Source: Akkermansia sp. (lineage in GTDB: Bacteria; Verrucomicrobiota; Verrucomicrobiia; Verrucomicrobiales; Akkermansiaceae). From it: a stretch of DNA of 61,560 nt. The DNA lies in the NCBI GenBank assembly GCA_045634905.1, contig JAZRBC010000197.1, positions 1-61,560 on the forward strand, given 5' to 3'. Of the stretch, positions 1 to 10,120 are shown in pieces. The stretch's first letter is position 1; each line of letters begins with the position of its first letter. The notes under the pieces are model-generated. The model saw only the letters and a program-made list of their open reading frames with translations. It did not search any database and had not been told where the DNA came from. Both the position numbers and the translations under genes were made by a program.

Positions 1-2
1 TG

Positions 3-671
3 CTCAGCCACCGCGACGCTGTGGTGATTTTCCACGAGTTCGGGCACATGATGCACGTGATGCTCAGCAATACCGAACTGGAAGCCCACTCCGGCACCAG
101 CGTGGCCTGGGACTTCGTGGAGCTTCCCAGCCAGATTAACGAGAACTGGGCCTGGGAGCCGGAAGGTATCGCCACCTTTGCATTCCACTACGAAACTGGT
201 GATATGCTTCCCGATGAGCTGATTAACAAGCTCCGCGCCAGCCGCTACTTCCTGCCGGCTACCGACAACATGGGGCAGCTCTGCATCGCCAAGCTTGACC
301 TGGAAATGCACATGAACTACAACGAGAAGTTCAAGGGTAAGGATTTGGATACCTCCAGCCGTGAACTCCTCTCCCCCTGGCAGATTCGCTCCACCACGCC
401 GGGCAACTCCATCATGCGCCGCCTGCGCCACTGCATCACCGGCGGTTACAGCGCCGGCTACTACTCCTACAAGTGGGCCGAGGTACTGGCGGCAGATGCC
501 TACTCGCGCTTCCGCAAGGAAGGCGTGCTGAACCGCCAGACCGGCGAGGACTTCCGCAACGAAATCCTCTCCCAGGGCGACAGTAAGTCCGCCGCTGAGC
601 TCTACCGCAACTTCATGGGGCGCGAACCCAACCCCGATGCCCTGCTCCAGACTCAGGGGCTCTGCAAATAA
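3..671 (+). CDS. prlC: M3 family oligopeptidase (oligopeptidase A-like), C-terminal part; 5' end outside window
   Basis: HEFGH zinc motif, WDFVELPSQxxENW and GYSAGYYSYKWAE motifs of M3A peptidases. Confidence 0.9.
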   Translation, partial: LSHRDAVVIFHEFGHMMHVMLSNTELEAHSGTSVAWDFVELPSQINENWAWEPEGIATFAFHYETGDMLPDELINKLRASRYFLPATDNMGQLCIAKLDLEMHMNYNEKFKGKDLDTSSRELLSPWQIRSTTPGNSIMRRLRHCITGGYSAGYYSYKWAEVLAADAYSRFRKEGVLNRQTGEDFRNEILSQGDSKSAAELYRNFMGREPNPDALLQTQGLCK

Positions 672-746
672 CTGAAGACTTTCCGAGCGGTATTCATATG
701 AATACCGCTCGTGTTTATTCGCAATCCGAGGAAACGCAGAGGACTC

Positions 747-1073
747 ATGAACATACGCCCCATTCTTTTGCTCGTCATCATTCTCACTACCGCCGGAATC
801 GGCTGGTTGGTATCGCCGTTGTTCTATACGGACCTGCACGTGATGAATCTGGCGGGGAAACTGTGTCCCTGCTCATTTGAAGAGCTTGAAAAGCGGGCCG
901 ACGGCTCCTGCTGCATCCGGGTCACAGATGGCGCAGGAGAGCTCATCTGGGTCAGTCCGGCCACGCTGACGGAGGGGGCTTTAAGCATTGAAGCCTACGT
1001 GCTGCCATGGTTCGGCAGGAAAGCAGTCAGGATTCAGGCAGATGGCTCCGCCATAGTTCCTGCGGCCGAATAA
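747..1073 (+). CDS. Hypothetical membrane-anchored protein
   Basis: ATG at 747 followed by hydrophobic stretch ILLLVIILTTAGIGWLV; fills gap between prlC and gluQ. Confidence 0.55.
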   Translation: MNIRPILLLVIILTTAGIGWLVSPLFYTDLHVMNLAGKLCPCSFEELEKRADGSCCIRVTDGAGELIWVSPATLTEGALSIEAYVLPWFGRKAVRIQADGSAIVPAAE

Positions 1074-1075
1074 CC

Positions 1076-1948
1076 CTACACCTGCCAGATACCGCCGCGT
1101 GATAAAGCAGTTTCCAGGGAATCAAGCACCTGGCGCGGGGTGAAGCCGGATTCACGCAGCGAAGCGATAGAGCGCGCACCGTCCCGCTTGGCCAGGCGTT
1201 TACCCGCATTGTCCCGCAGCAGGGCATGGTGGCAATAGACGGGCACCGGCAGCCCGAGCACAGCCTGCAGAGCCCGGTGAATATGGGTGGACTCAAACAA
1301 ATCGGCCCCACGCGTCACATGAGTCACCCCCTGGGCGGCATCATCCACCACCACAGCCAGATGATAGCTGGCTGGAAAGTCCTTGCGGGCAAGCACCACA
1401 TCACCATAAACGGCAGGAACACAACGCTGAGTACCCCGGTGCATGTCGTGCCAGGTGGGACAGCCGACAAGGTCCTGCACCCTGCGCATGTCAAGCCGCC
1501 AGCTGTGCGGCTGACCTGCTGCAAGGCGTTCCGCCACCTCATCTGCGGGTAGCTGACTACAGGTGCCCGGGTAGAGATACCCCAGAGTGGCATGAGGAGC
1601 ACGCCCCATTTCAGCCAGCTGAGACTTGATTTCTGAGCGAGTGCAGAAACAGGGATACAGGAGTCCCATATCCTTCAGCTGAGCAAGCACCTCCCGGTAT
1701 ACTCCGAAGCGCTGCGTCTGCACAAGAACCTCCCCATCGAAGCGGAGGCCCAGCCAGCTCAGATCCTCGTACATGAGTTCCAGATACTCCGGGTGCTGGG
1801 CCCGGGTATCGATATCTTCCACCCGGAGCAAACAGCAGCCGCCGTGCGCGTCGGCAAGGCGGCGGGCCTGCAGTGCCGCCAGCAGGTGCCCCACGTGCAG
1901 GGGCCCGCTGGGACTGGGCGCAAAGCGCGTGACCACCGGGCGCGGCAT
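1076..1948 (-). CDS. gluQ: Glutamyl-Q tRNA(Asp) synthetase
   Basis: RFAPSPSGPLHVGH, LRVEDID, YPCFCTR, YHLAVVVDDAAQGVTHVTRGADL, LAKRDG; 290 aa without anticodon-binding domain. Confidence 0.93.
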   Translation of the reverse strand: MPRPVVTRFAPSPSGPLHVGHLLAALQARRLADAHGGCCLLRVEDIDTRAQHPEYLELMYEDLSWLGLRFDGEVLVQTQRFGVYREVLAQLKDMGLLYPCFCTRSEIKSQLAEMGRAPHATLGYLYPGTCSQLPADEVAERLAAGQPHSWRLDMRRVQDLVGCPTWHDMHRGTQRCVPAVYGDVVLARKDFPASYHLAVVVDDAAQGVTHVTRGADLFESTHIHRALQAVLGLPVPVYCHHALLRDNAGKRLAKRDGARSIASLRESGFTPRQVLDSLETALSRGGIWQV

Positions 1949-3936
1949 CAGAACCTGGCTTTCAGAATAATTTCCGTAACCCGCTTAGCACCTTCTCCCG
2001 CCATAGTCGAGCGTGGATAGAGGCAGAGAGCACGGAAGTAGTTCGAAAGTGCGGAACCGTATTCGCGACGCGTCTCGCTGGCTCTGCCGTCCTCCAGCGC
2101 TTTCACAAACTCGTGGGCTCCCAGAGCAAAGCGATTGAGCGCGTCGCGGTACTTGGAATCCTCCTTGTATCGGGCGTCTTCCTCACCGCGTTCGAGCAGC
2201 ATCTCATAGGCCATGCAGGGGCCCATGGTCGAATCCTGCTGGGCAGCAACATCGAGCTGAGCCAGCATACCATCAATGGTGCCGATGAGGGTGATAGCCT
2301 CCTTATACTGCTGCTTGAGCTCGGGGTCGATGGCCACAACCTCGAATTTATCCTGCTCGTTGTAAATCGTGCGGAATTCCTTGCGACCGATAAGCGTGCG
2401 GAACTCATCACGAACCGGGTCCTGATTATCCAGCGCCTCGAGCTGCTGGCGCCCCTTCTCCAGATTCGGGTTCTTCGGCCAGATTTCACCGGCCTTTGTG
2501 ATTTCTGCATTGAAGGTTTCATCATCGCCGGCTTTCATGGCCTTGGCCGCGTTGCGCAGGTGTAAATCACTCTGAGCCTTGCGCCCGGCGCAGTAGCTGG
2601 TCAGCATGGAATCATCAAAATCCGGATCAAGAGCCTTCATTTTCGAGGCCACCTCTTCCAATGCACCGTAATCACGGGCATTGAGAGTAGAAAGAGCTTT
2701 GCGGCGCAGCGACCAGAACTCAGCAATGCGGCGGCGACCCTCTACAGGGAACGTGGCTACACTCTGCATGTATTCGCCAATAGCCACCGCTTCGATAAGA
2801 TGCTGCGTAGCATCAGACAACTTATTCTGGGCGAGCATATTGGCTACAGCTTCCATATTCTGGTCAACCTCGCGGCGCATATTGGCCGCCAGAGTTGCCA
2901 TGCTGTTCACAGTGGGGGGCAGACCTGCACCACCTTCAAACAGCTTGGCCGCCTCTGAATCCTTGTTCAGTTTCAGCGTGGTATCACCGTCGCGGAAGAT
3001 GTGGCGATACGCGTGTGCACCAATCAACGCATGGTCGAAGCGGCGCTGCAACAGCATGGAAACAATAGTGCTCTGGAAATTTATCTTGGAAAGTTCGGTA
3101 GCGGCTATGCTGTCCGCATCATTCTTCACGCCCGAAGCCTCCAGAGTGGCAATCTTCTTGGTATTGTGAGCTATGCTGAAAGTATTGGCCACACTGCTGT
3201 CCACGTTGCCGGTGCCCTTCTTCTCACTCACGCTCGCGTTGGCACGATTGCCACGGTTGGTATTGCGAGTGGTCAGGATGTTGGTTTTCTGTACCAGTTT
3301 GTCAATATCCTTCTGCATCTCCGCATTCTTACGATTACGGTCGCGATTGGCATACTGCACCGAAAGAGCACTGGCCATGGCGCTGGCCAGTGTGCCGGAC
3401 TGCCCGCCATCACCAGGGTAATCGTTCATATCATAAAGCCTGTTGCCAATCTGCACCAGAGTCTCACTACCGATTTCGCGGCGGGAGCGGGCGGATTTCT
3501 GCGTGAGCTTCAGAATAGAGTTCATCTTCTTCCGGTAGCGCTTTGCTTCGGAGCTGTCATCCGGGTTCTGCTGCAGATACTTCTCAAACCGAGCGCGCAC
3601 AAGCGCGTTGTTCCCCACGTCAATCTTGGCACCATTGTAAGTCATGGTGTCGCTGGCGGGGTCAAGCAGCGGCAGTTCCATTCCCAGAACCTGGGGGTTC
3701 GGAGTCTCTCCACTATCCTGATTGACGTAGGACTGCCCAATCTTCGGGGCCTGCCCGTTCTGACCAAGCTGCGGCTGGTTCAACTGCAAAGTCGGCTGCT
3801 GAGTCTGCTGTGCCGCCTGCTGCACCTGCTGGGGCTCCACGCCTGGATTCTGCCCACGCGGTTTTCCCAGCTGAGCCTCTGCCTGAGGAGCCAGCATCGC
3901 CCCGCACAATACCGATGTATAGAGAATTTTTTTCAT
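1948..3936 (-). CDS. Secreted helical hypothetical protein (662 aa)
   Basis: Signal peptide ending AEA, Gln-rich linker, long helical/TPR-like body; tight coupling to neighbours. Confidence 0.8.
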   Translation of the reverse strand: MKKILYTSVLCGAMLAPQAEAQLGKPRGQNPGVEPQQVQQAAQQTQQPTLQLNQPQLGQNGQAPKIGQSYVNQDSGETPNPQVLGMELPLLDPASDTMTYNGAKIDVGNNALVRARFEKYLQQNPDDSSEAKRYRKKMNSILKLTQKSARSRREIGSETLVQIGNRLYDMNDYPGDGGQSGTLASAMASALSVQYANRDRNRKNAEMQKDIDKLVQKTNILTTRNTNRGNRANASVSEKKGTGNVDSSVANTFSIAHNTKKIATLEASGVKNDADSIAATELSKINFQSTIVSMLLQRRFDHALIGAHAYRHIFRDGDTTLKLNKDSEAAKLFEGGAGLPPTVNSMATLAANMRREVDQNMEAVANMLAQNKLSDATQHLIEAVAIGEYMQSVATFPVEGRRRIAEFWSLRRKALSTLNARDYGALEEVASKMKALDPDFDDSMLTSYCAGRKAQSDLHLRNAAKAMKAGDDETFNAEITKAGEIWPKNPNLEKGRQQLEALDNQDPVRDEFRTLIGRKEFRTIYNEQDKFEVVAIDPELKQQYKEAITLIGTIDGMLAQLDVAAQQDSTMGPCMAYEMLLERGEEDARYKEDSKYRDALNRFALGAHEFVKALEDGRASETRREYGSALSNYFRALCLYPRSTMAGEGAKRVTEIILKARF

Positions 3937-3939
3937 GGC

Positions 3940-4380
3940 TTATTCCGTCTCCACTTTTTCGACTATCATGATGCCCTTCACATCCAGACCCTGGTCATCC
4001 TTGCCATTAAGGCAGACCACATCAAACACGAATGAATCTCCGCGTGTAAGGTTGACACGACCGGTCACTCCGCTGCGCACGAGGAGAGGAAGGCGCTCCT
4101 GTTTGTTGTTCGGCAGAGAAACCGCCACAAGGCGGTCATTGCCAAGACTTTCAATATTCTCCACTCTTGCTTTGAGTCTGTACCGGTTGCCGGTGAGACG
4201 GGAAGCATCCACGCGGTAATCAGCCACGCTGAAACGTGTCTCTGCAGCACTGGCGGGAGAATCAGATGGTTTCATGGCCACCGCTGCACCGATAGCCAGC
4301 AGCAGCACCAGACCGGCACCCCCCAGAATCATGGGAAGCTGCGATTTCTTATTCTTGGAAGAGCGTCTTTTTCTTGCCAT
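3940..4380 (-). CDS. Single-TM protein with beta-rich (OB-fold-like) extracytoplasmic domain
   Basis: Basic N-terminus, one TM helix, alternating beta-strand pattern. Confidence 0.7.
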   Translation of the reverse strand: MARKRRSSKNKKSQLPMILGGAGLVLLLAIGAAVAMKPSDSPASAAETRFSVADYRVDASRLTGNRYRLKARVENIESLGNDRLVAVSLPNNKQERLPLLVRSGVTGRVNLTRGDSFVFDVVCLNGKDDQGLDVKGIMIVEKVETE

Positions 4381-4399
4381 ATGTCAATAGATTGTCAAA

Positions 4400-6127
4400 T
4401 TATTCCCAGCGTGTGCGGCGCACGCCGATATAGGTGAGGATGATACCGAAAATAACATGTCCGAGCAGTACCAGGAGACAGGGAAGCCGGTCAGAGAAGG
4501 TGGTCTGTACAATACTGTTCACAGCCTTGAGTACTTCTGATTCCAGACCGCCATTCACGCTGCCGCTCCAGGCCCAGTATGCAGAAATGAACGGCTGGGT
4601 CAGTTTCTCCACAAAATCCGGCAATGCCAGCACGGCACCCGAAAGCGGCAGCTGGAAGCCAACGAGGTAGATGCTGAGCAGAGAAGCCTGGTCCGGGGTC
4701 TTGCAGTTGGCCGAGATGCCAAGGCAGACCGAGGTCATGGCCGCGTTTGCCAAGAGAAGGAAAATGAGATGATTCATTACATCTCCTCGCAGCGGCCAGC
4801 AGTACTGCACAAAAGCAAACATCCACAGACTCTGCACCAGCACCAGCACGCTCAGGAACACGAGTTTCGATGCAAGGTAGGCACCTACCCCGGTTCCTGC
4901 AAACTTTTCCTTCTCCATAATCAGGCGCTCACCAGCCACCTCGCGGGAGGCGTTGTTGGAGCCCATAAGTCCGAGGAGAATCACCTGGAACATGATGATA
5001 CCCGACACCGCAGAGCCCACTCGTGCACGGACTTCTGCCTGTTCCTGCTGGGCCTGCACCTCAGCCGCGAGGTCAGTGCCCATGCTATCCGTCAGGTGCA
5101 GCAGCTGGTCCTGACCCTTGCTGGAGAAAAGCGCCACCAGAATCGGGAAAATCACAATCATGGCCACCTGCAGCCAAAGCTGGGTGCGATCCCGGAAAAG
5201 AATGGTGAAGCGGCGTTTAAGCAAGGTGCTGAACTGCGTGAAGAATGACGGCTGCGGCACTTCATCAGATTCATCATCGGCCACAGCGGCAGGCGGTGTA
5301 ATACCGGCAGCACTGAACTTCTCCAGGTGTTTCTTTTCCAGTCGCTGGTAATAATCCAGGCGGTGCTTGAGCCAGCTCTGGCGCCATTCATCGGGTTCTC
5401 GCATGGCCAGCTTGGGATAAACCTGCTCAAAATCCTGCTCGCCGAAGTAATGCACCATCAGCTCAGGGGAGCCGTGATATGCCAGATTACCACGGACCAT
5501 GACCATGATGCTGTCGTAAAGCTCCATCTGTGCCAGGCTGTGCGTTACAGAGATGACGATACGGCCATCCTTCATGCTCAGCTGGTGCAGCAGCTCCACA
5601 ATCTCCCTCTCGGAACGGGGATCCAGGCCGCTCGTCACCTCGTCGCACAGTAGGATGCGAGGACGGCTCACCAGCTCCATGGCCAGGGCAAGGCGACGTT
5701 TCTGCCCGCCGGAAAGCAACTTGACCGGGCGATCGGCTATCTCGCTGAGGCCGGTTTCCTCCAGCACGCTGTCTATGATATCGTCCAGCTCATCGTCATC
5801 AGCATCCACCCTGAGTCTGGCAGAACTCTCCACGTTTTCATCCACCGTCAGTTCTTCATAGGCAATACTGAACTGTGGCACATAACCAATTTCATATGGT
5901 TCAAAATCACCATCTTCTGCCAGGTCGCGACCCTCCCAGAAGAAGCTGCCGGAAGTCGTTTCCTTGATGCCAGCTATGGCTTTCAGCAGCGTCGTCTTAC
6001 CACAACCAGAGGGCCCGACAATGGCAACAAAATGCCCGCGGGGAATACAGAAATTCACATCGCTGAGCAAAAAAAGGCTCTCTCCGTCGTTATCGACCTC
6101 CAAACATATATTGCGCGCTTCCAGCAT
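4400..6127 (-). CDS. ABC transporter, fused ATPase + ABC-2 type permease (NBD-TMD order)
   Basis: GPSGCGKT, LSGGQ, ILLCDE, H-loop, about six C-terminal TM helices. Confidence 0.92.
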   Translation of the reverse strand: MLEARNICLEVDNDGESLFLLSDVNFCIPRGHFVAIVGPSGCGKTTLLKAIAGIKETTSGSFFWEGRDLAEDGDFEPYEIGYVPQFSIAYEELTVDENVESSARLRVDADDDELDDIIDSVLEETGLSEIADRPVKLLSGGQKRRLALAMELVSRPRILLCDEVTSGLDPRSEREIVELLHQLSMKDGRIVISVTHSLAQMELYDSIMVMVRGNLAYHGSPELMVHYFGEQDFEQVYPKLAMREPDEWRQSWLKHRLDYYQRLEKKHLEKFSAAGITPPAAVADDESDEVPQPSFFTQFSTLLKRRFTILFRDRTQLWLQVAMIVIFPILVALFSSKGQDQLLHLTDSMGTDLAAEVQAQQEQAEVRARVGSAVSGIIMFQVILLGLMGSNNASREVAGERLIMEKEKFAGTGVGAYLASKLVFLSVLVLVQSLWMFAFVQYCWPLRGDVMNHLIFLLLANAAMTSVCLGISANCKTPDQASLLSIYLVGFQLPLSGAVLALPDFVEKLTQPFISAYWAWSGSVNGGLESEVLKAVNSIVQTTFSDRLPCLLVLLGHVIFGIILTYIGVRRTRWE

Positions 6128-6216
6128 AATCTGTTATCGTGTCTCTGTAATTTAGCAGAAAGCACCTGCGGATGCAAGCCCAGGGTGCCGAAAACATATG
6201 TTTTTTTGCTCTGGCT

Positions 6217-7062
6217 TCAAGGCAGGAGAGAGTTAAGCACCTCACGCAGCTCCGCATTGCCGTAAAAATCATGTTCCCGCAGACGGGCAACCTGCTCCCT
6301 GAGCGCCGGAGTGAGAGCCCCGTACATTGATTTAAGAGCATTGATAGCATCAACCGCACCCAGAGGATCATCCTCCTTGTACAAAAGAATACGCTCCGAT
6401 ATTTCCTTGTACCTGGTTCCCAGTTCCTTCAATTCCACGGGGGCCTCACCGGCTGATGAGGCATCAGAAACAGCACCCAGCATGCGACCGACGCGCAGCA
6501 TGATGGTTCGCTGCTCCTCGGCGGCAAGTCGCAGCTGCTCGTCAGTATCGGCCTGTTTCTGCTCCTCATTACTGTATCCGAGCTTGAGGTAAGCATGCAG
6601 CTCCGGAGATGACGGCATGTTCTCCATCTTACGCACTCGCCGGTATACTTCCAGGTGGCGTTTCTGCTGACAGAGTGTAATACCGCGGTACTTACTGATG
6701 AGCGGGACAAAGCCTTCCACATCTGCAAAAGTACTCCCCTGCTCCGCCAGACGATTCTGCAACGCGGCCCGTAACGCGTCAATGGCCGCGCGTTCCTCGC
6801 GATTTCGCTCGGTCAGTTCAGCAACTGCCGCAGGTCGGGCCGATGCAGCATCTACTGTCTCCAGATTCCTCACGCGCTGATACAGGGCTTCATTATACGC
6901 CACGGAGCGTTCCAGAATCTCCTCCAGAGCAGCATGTTCCTCACTCTCCCGCGGGGGCGACGGCATCGCCCCGCCCCCACGACGACGGTGCACAACTGCA
7001 GCACCAGCAACACCAGCGAGCAGCAACCCCGCCCCCATCCACGCTAAACTCTTTATCTTCAT
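6217..7062 (-). CDS. Membrane-anchored hypothetical protein with two helical repeat domains
   Basis: N-terminal hydrophobic segment; C-terminal domain resembles ORFs at 14856 and 15263. Confidence 0.7.
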   Translation of the reverse strand: MKIKSLAWMGAGLLLAGVAGAAVVHRRRGGGAMPSPPRESEEHAALEEILERSVAYNEALYQRVRNLETVDAASARPAAVAELTERNREERAAIDALRAALQNRLAEQGSTFADVEGFVPLISKYRGITLCQQKRHLEVYRRVRKMENMPSSPELHAYLKLGYSNEEQKQADTDEQLRLAAEEQRTIMLRVGRMLGAVSDASSAGEAPVELKELGTRYKEISERILLYKEDDPLGAVDAINALKSMYGALTPALREQVARLREHDFYGNAELREVLNSLLP

Positions 7063-7161
7063 ATCACACGAAAAGCAGCAAAGAATACACTATCGCCCTA
7101 CTCTATCCTATTTCGAGGCTGAGAGTCAAGCATGTTTCCTGTTTTCAGACGATTTAGCGGC

Positions 7162-8211
7162 TCAAGCCAGCAACTCAAGCAGCCGACAGACCCTGGGTCC
7201 GGGAAGGTTGCCCAGTTCCATGCGCTCCATGACATAGGCAAAAGACAAGTGCCGCGATGGAGAACAAAAAGCATGACTGCCACCAGCCCCCGCATGACCA
7301 AAACCACCGCCGGGAAACAGATGAGCAGGCTCACACATGGCACCACAGGTAAACGAAGTGTGTTGCTGCAGCGTATTGTCCCACCCACTGCAGCGAGGGA
7401 CAGACAGCCACTCACGCACCGCTGGCGGCACGAAGTCGCTCATCAGATACTGGTAAAACTGAGCCAGGCCTCTGGCACTGGCCACACCTCCCTTGGCCGG
7501 GCTGGCGCATTGCCATGCCCCGGGGGTACTCATCTCACGGGGCGTCCCGAACCCCTCAATACTGTGAAATGCGCGATATACGGAAGACCGGGTGTCAAAA
7601 TAAGCGCGGTAGAAGGCATCCTGCGCCATATATCCGGGGAGGATGCGCGGAGCCTGCAGCGGTGCAACACGGTGAAATTCGCTCTCCGGCAAGCCGATGA
7701 AAAAATCCAGATTCAGAGGGCGGCGGATGCGTTGCTCCCAGAACGCCCCGACCCGCATACCAGTGAGCTGCAGCATCAGAATATCCACCAGAGGCCCGAA
7801 AGTCTGGGGATGGTAGCCATGCTTCGGGGGCAGCCAGGCCGGAACACTACGTTCTATAGCCGCACGGCAGGCATCCAAGTCAGTCAGAGGGGCAGTTTCT
7901 GCCAGCGCTGCCAGCCCGCACTGATGAGAAAGAAGTTCGGCCACTGTGCAGCGGGGCGCCGGGAAAGCCGGCCAGAGTTCGCCTACCTCCAGCTCAGGTC
8001 CGCGACCGCAATCATGCAAGGCCAGCAGGAGACACAGCGCAGATGCCGGCTTGGTGGCAGAAAAAACAGGAACCAGGGTATCCCGGGTCCAGCGGTCGCC
8101 TGCACATATGGTCAGCACTTCCTGCCCATGACTCCAGACCGATACAGACGCACCACCTGTGAGCGATTCGTGGAACCTGCGAGACAATTCACCAACCCAA
8201 TCAGCCTGCAT
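7162..8211 (-). CDS. Serine hydrolase, beta-lactamase/esterase family
   Basis: FSATK (SxxK), LLSHQCGL, HGYH, FGHAGAGGS; ATG at 8211 overlaps tsaA end. Confidence 0.88.
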   Translation of the reverse strand: MQADWVGELSRRFHESLTGGASVSVWSHGQEVLTICAGDRWTRDTLVPVFSATKPASALCLLLALHDCGRGPELEVGELWPAFPAPRCTVAELLSHQCGLAALAETAPLTDLDACRAAIERSVPAWLPPKHGYHPQTFGPLVDILMLQLTGMRVGAFWEQRIRRPLNLDFFIGLPESEFHRVAPLQAPRILPGYMAQDAFYRAYFDTRSSVYRAFHSIEGFGTPREMSTPGAWQCASPAKGGVASARGLAQFYQYLMSDFVPPAVREWLSVPRCSGWDNTLQQHTSFTCGAMCEPAHLFPGGGFGHAGAGGSHAFCSPSRHLSFAYVMERMELGNLPGPRVCRLLELLA

Positions 8212-8860
8212 ACGGAGTAATGGAAGATACGATGGCGCACTTATCCACCACACGGAAATGAACCTCGAACGGTTTGAGAATCAAATGGTAGACACGGGAT
8301 GAATCCTGCTGGTACGCCGGGCGGGGATCCTGAGCCAGCGTTTCCTGCAGGGCGGCCACCCATTCCGGCGTGGCGTGGTGTGGCAGCTTCTCCGGCAGCA
8401 CTACGGCCAGCGGCTCCCACGGAGTTTCCGTAAACCCTGCAGCGGCTGAGGGGAGAGCATCGGAATAAGGCACATAGGGCTTGATATCGAATATGGGGGT
8501 GCCATCCACCATATCGGCTCCGGATACCCGCAGAACGGGCCCCGGCTCAACCGAAACAAGTTTCACCACAGACAGTCCCAGGCCATTGGGGCGAAACGGG
8601 GAGCGCGTAGCAAACACGCCCAGGCGTGTATTACCACCCAGCCGCGGCGGTCTTACTGTGGGGTGCCAGGTGGTACCATTGCAGTGAAACTGCCAGATAA
8701 GCCAGAGGTGAGAAAACTGCTCCAGCCCGCGCACGCAGTCATCGTGGCGGTATTCCGGCTCAAAAACAATCTCACCAATGACATGCGGAGCAAGATTTCC
8801 TTGCCGGGGCACGCCGAATTTTTCAGCAAAGGGGCTGCGGATATAGGCGATGGGCTGCAT
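8201..8860 (-). CDS. tsaA: tRNA (t6A37) N6-methyltransferase TrmO
   Basis: KFGVPRQ, FSHLWLIWQFH, VRPPRLGGN, GVFATRSPFRPN, DGTPIFDIKPY, LAQDPRPAY; start could be 8869. Confidence 0.93.
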   Translation of the reverse strand: MQPIAYIRSPFAEKFGVPRQGNLAPHVIGEIVFEPEYRHDDCVRGLEQFSHLWLIWQFHCNGTTWHPTVRPPRLGGNTRLGVFATRSPFRPNGLGLSVVKLVSVEPGPVLRVSGADMVDGTPIFDIKPYVPYSDALPSAAAGFTETPWEPLAVVLPEKLPHHATPEWVAALQETLAQDPRPAYQQDSSRVYHLILKPFEVHFRVVDKCAIVSSITPYAG

Positions 8861-8861
8861 C

Positions 8862-9332
8862 TCACACATTGAAGAAATCGCGCAGCACCTGCTCATAGAC
8901 TTCGCGCTTGAAATCAGGAAGTGCACTCAAGTCCACTTCGGCAGGAAGCACCCATTTGTAATCGCGGAACTCCTTGTTATCCAGCCAGGGTTCAGCCTGG
9001 TCACTATGCATCAGGCAGAGGAAGTAGTGCTGTTCCTGGCCGGCGTACGGGATTCCGCGTTTCAGCAGCACGCGTTCACGCTCCTTGGGCGGGTAATTAT
9101 AGCGGTACGGGCCACGGGCCGCAACCACCTCGTATTCATTCGGGCGGAACCCCGTTTCCTCCATACCCTCGCGGCAGGCAGCATCCATGGCCGATTCCCC
9201 CTTCTTGATACCTCCCTGAGGAAACTGCCAGGCACCGGCGGGTTTCACTCGTTCACAGAGCAATACCCGGCCATCAGCTCGTTGATAGATAATGGCGGCA
9301 TTCGGGCGGTAAAGTTCAGAGGAACCTGGCAT
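8862..9332 (-). CDS. NUDIX hydrolase, RppH-like
   Basis: YRPN, WQFPQGG...REGMEETG Nudix box, GQEQHYF, FKREVY; start chosen downstream of promoter at 9362-9390. Confidence 0.85.
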   Translation of the reverse strand: MPGSSELYRPNAAIIYQRADGRVLLCERVKPAGAWQFPQGGIKKGESAMDAACREGMEETGFRPNEYEVVAARGPYRYNYPPKERERVLLKRGIPYAGQEQHYFLCLMHSDQAEPWLDNKEFRDYKWVLPAEVDLSALPDFKREVYEQVLRDFFNV

Positions 9333-9361
9333 ATGGATAATTCTGGTGTGTGTACGTGCGC

Positions 9362-9390
9362 ATTCTAACACCGTTTCCGGCACATTGCAA
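9362..9390 (-). promoter_or_regulatory. Sigma70-type promoter for NUDIX-tsaA-esterase
   Basis: TTGCAA-17-TAGAAT on minus strand. Confidence 0.65.
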
Positions 9391-9404
9391 GAATATCTTG
9401 CCAC

Positions 9405-9433
9405 TTGACCCGTCACGCCGCATGTGCTAAGAT
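9405..9433 (+). promoter_or_regulatory. Sigma70-type promoter, leaderless geometry
   Basis: TTGACC-17-TAAGAT with extended TG; ATG 6 nt after the -10. Confidence 0.65.
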
Positions 9434-9439
9434 GCCGGC

Positions 9440-10102
9440 ATGAAACGATTTCTGCTCACCTCTCTGCTGCTGCTCGGCAGCTCGCTGCAATTTTCCTGCA
9501 CTCAGCTGCAGCAGGACCAGAAGCAGAATGAACAAAAGGAGGAAACCGCCGCTGAAATACCGCCGCCCCTCTACCTGGGGTCGGTGCACCAGGTGTTCAC
9601 TAACGATAAATTTGCCCTGCTGCGCATCATCGGTCCCCTGCCCCCGGAAGGAACGGTACTCATCACACACCCTGCCGATGGTTCAACCGAACGGGTGGGT
9701 AATCTGATTGTTTCATCGGCTCAGCATGCGCGCAACAACATCATCGCTGCAGATATCCGCGCCGGTGTGGTAGCCAAGGGGGACCGCGTTTTCAGATACC
9801 GCAGCATCACCTCCGCTGAGGAGCAGGAAGAGGAAACGCCGGCTCCCACCACCCTGAGTGGCGATGAACTGGACCTCGGCTACGTGCCGGATGGGTTGAA
9901 ACACCTGATGGAGCGGAACAACCTGCAGGACGAGACCCGGGAAGAAGCGCAGGATTCCACTCCTGACACAGAGCCGGAAAACGTGACGAATACCGATTTC
10001 AGCGAGGAAGAACCTGCGCCACAACCCATCACGCCCGCTAACCAGGGCTTGCCGAAATTTGACGATATCCCCGATGACATCAGCGGATGGGATTCCATGT
10101 AA
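9440..10102 (+). CDS. Putative lipoprotein with small beta domain and acidic tail
   Basis: Signal peptide ending QFSC; acidic, Pro-rich C-terminus. Confidence 0.75.
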   Translation: MKRFLLTSLLLLGSSLQFSCTQLQQDQKQNEQKEETAAEIPPPLYLGSVHQVFTNDKFALLRIIGPLPPEGTVLITHPADGSTERVGNLIVSSAQHARNNIIAADIRAGVVAKGDRVFRYRSITSAEEQEEETPAPTTLSGDELDLGYVPDGLKHLMERNNLQDETREEAQDSTPDTEPENVTNTDFSEEEPAPQPITPANQGLPKFDDIPDDISGWDSM

Positions 10103-10120
10103 AGCACACATTTCCGACAT

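Noticed and set aside
7162-8211. Possible beta-lactam resistance gene
   Set aside because: The motifs fit the broad esterase/serine hydrolase branch, there is no signal peptide, and the context is housekeeping
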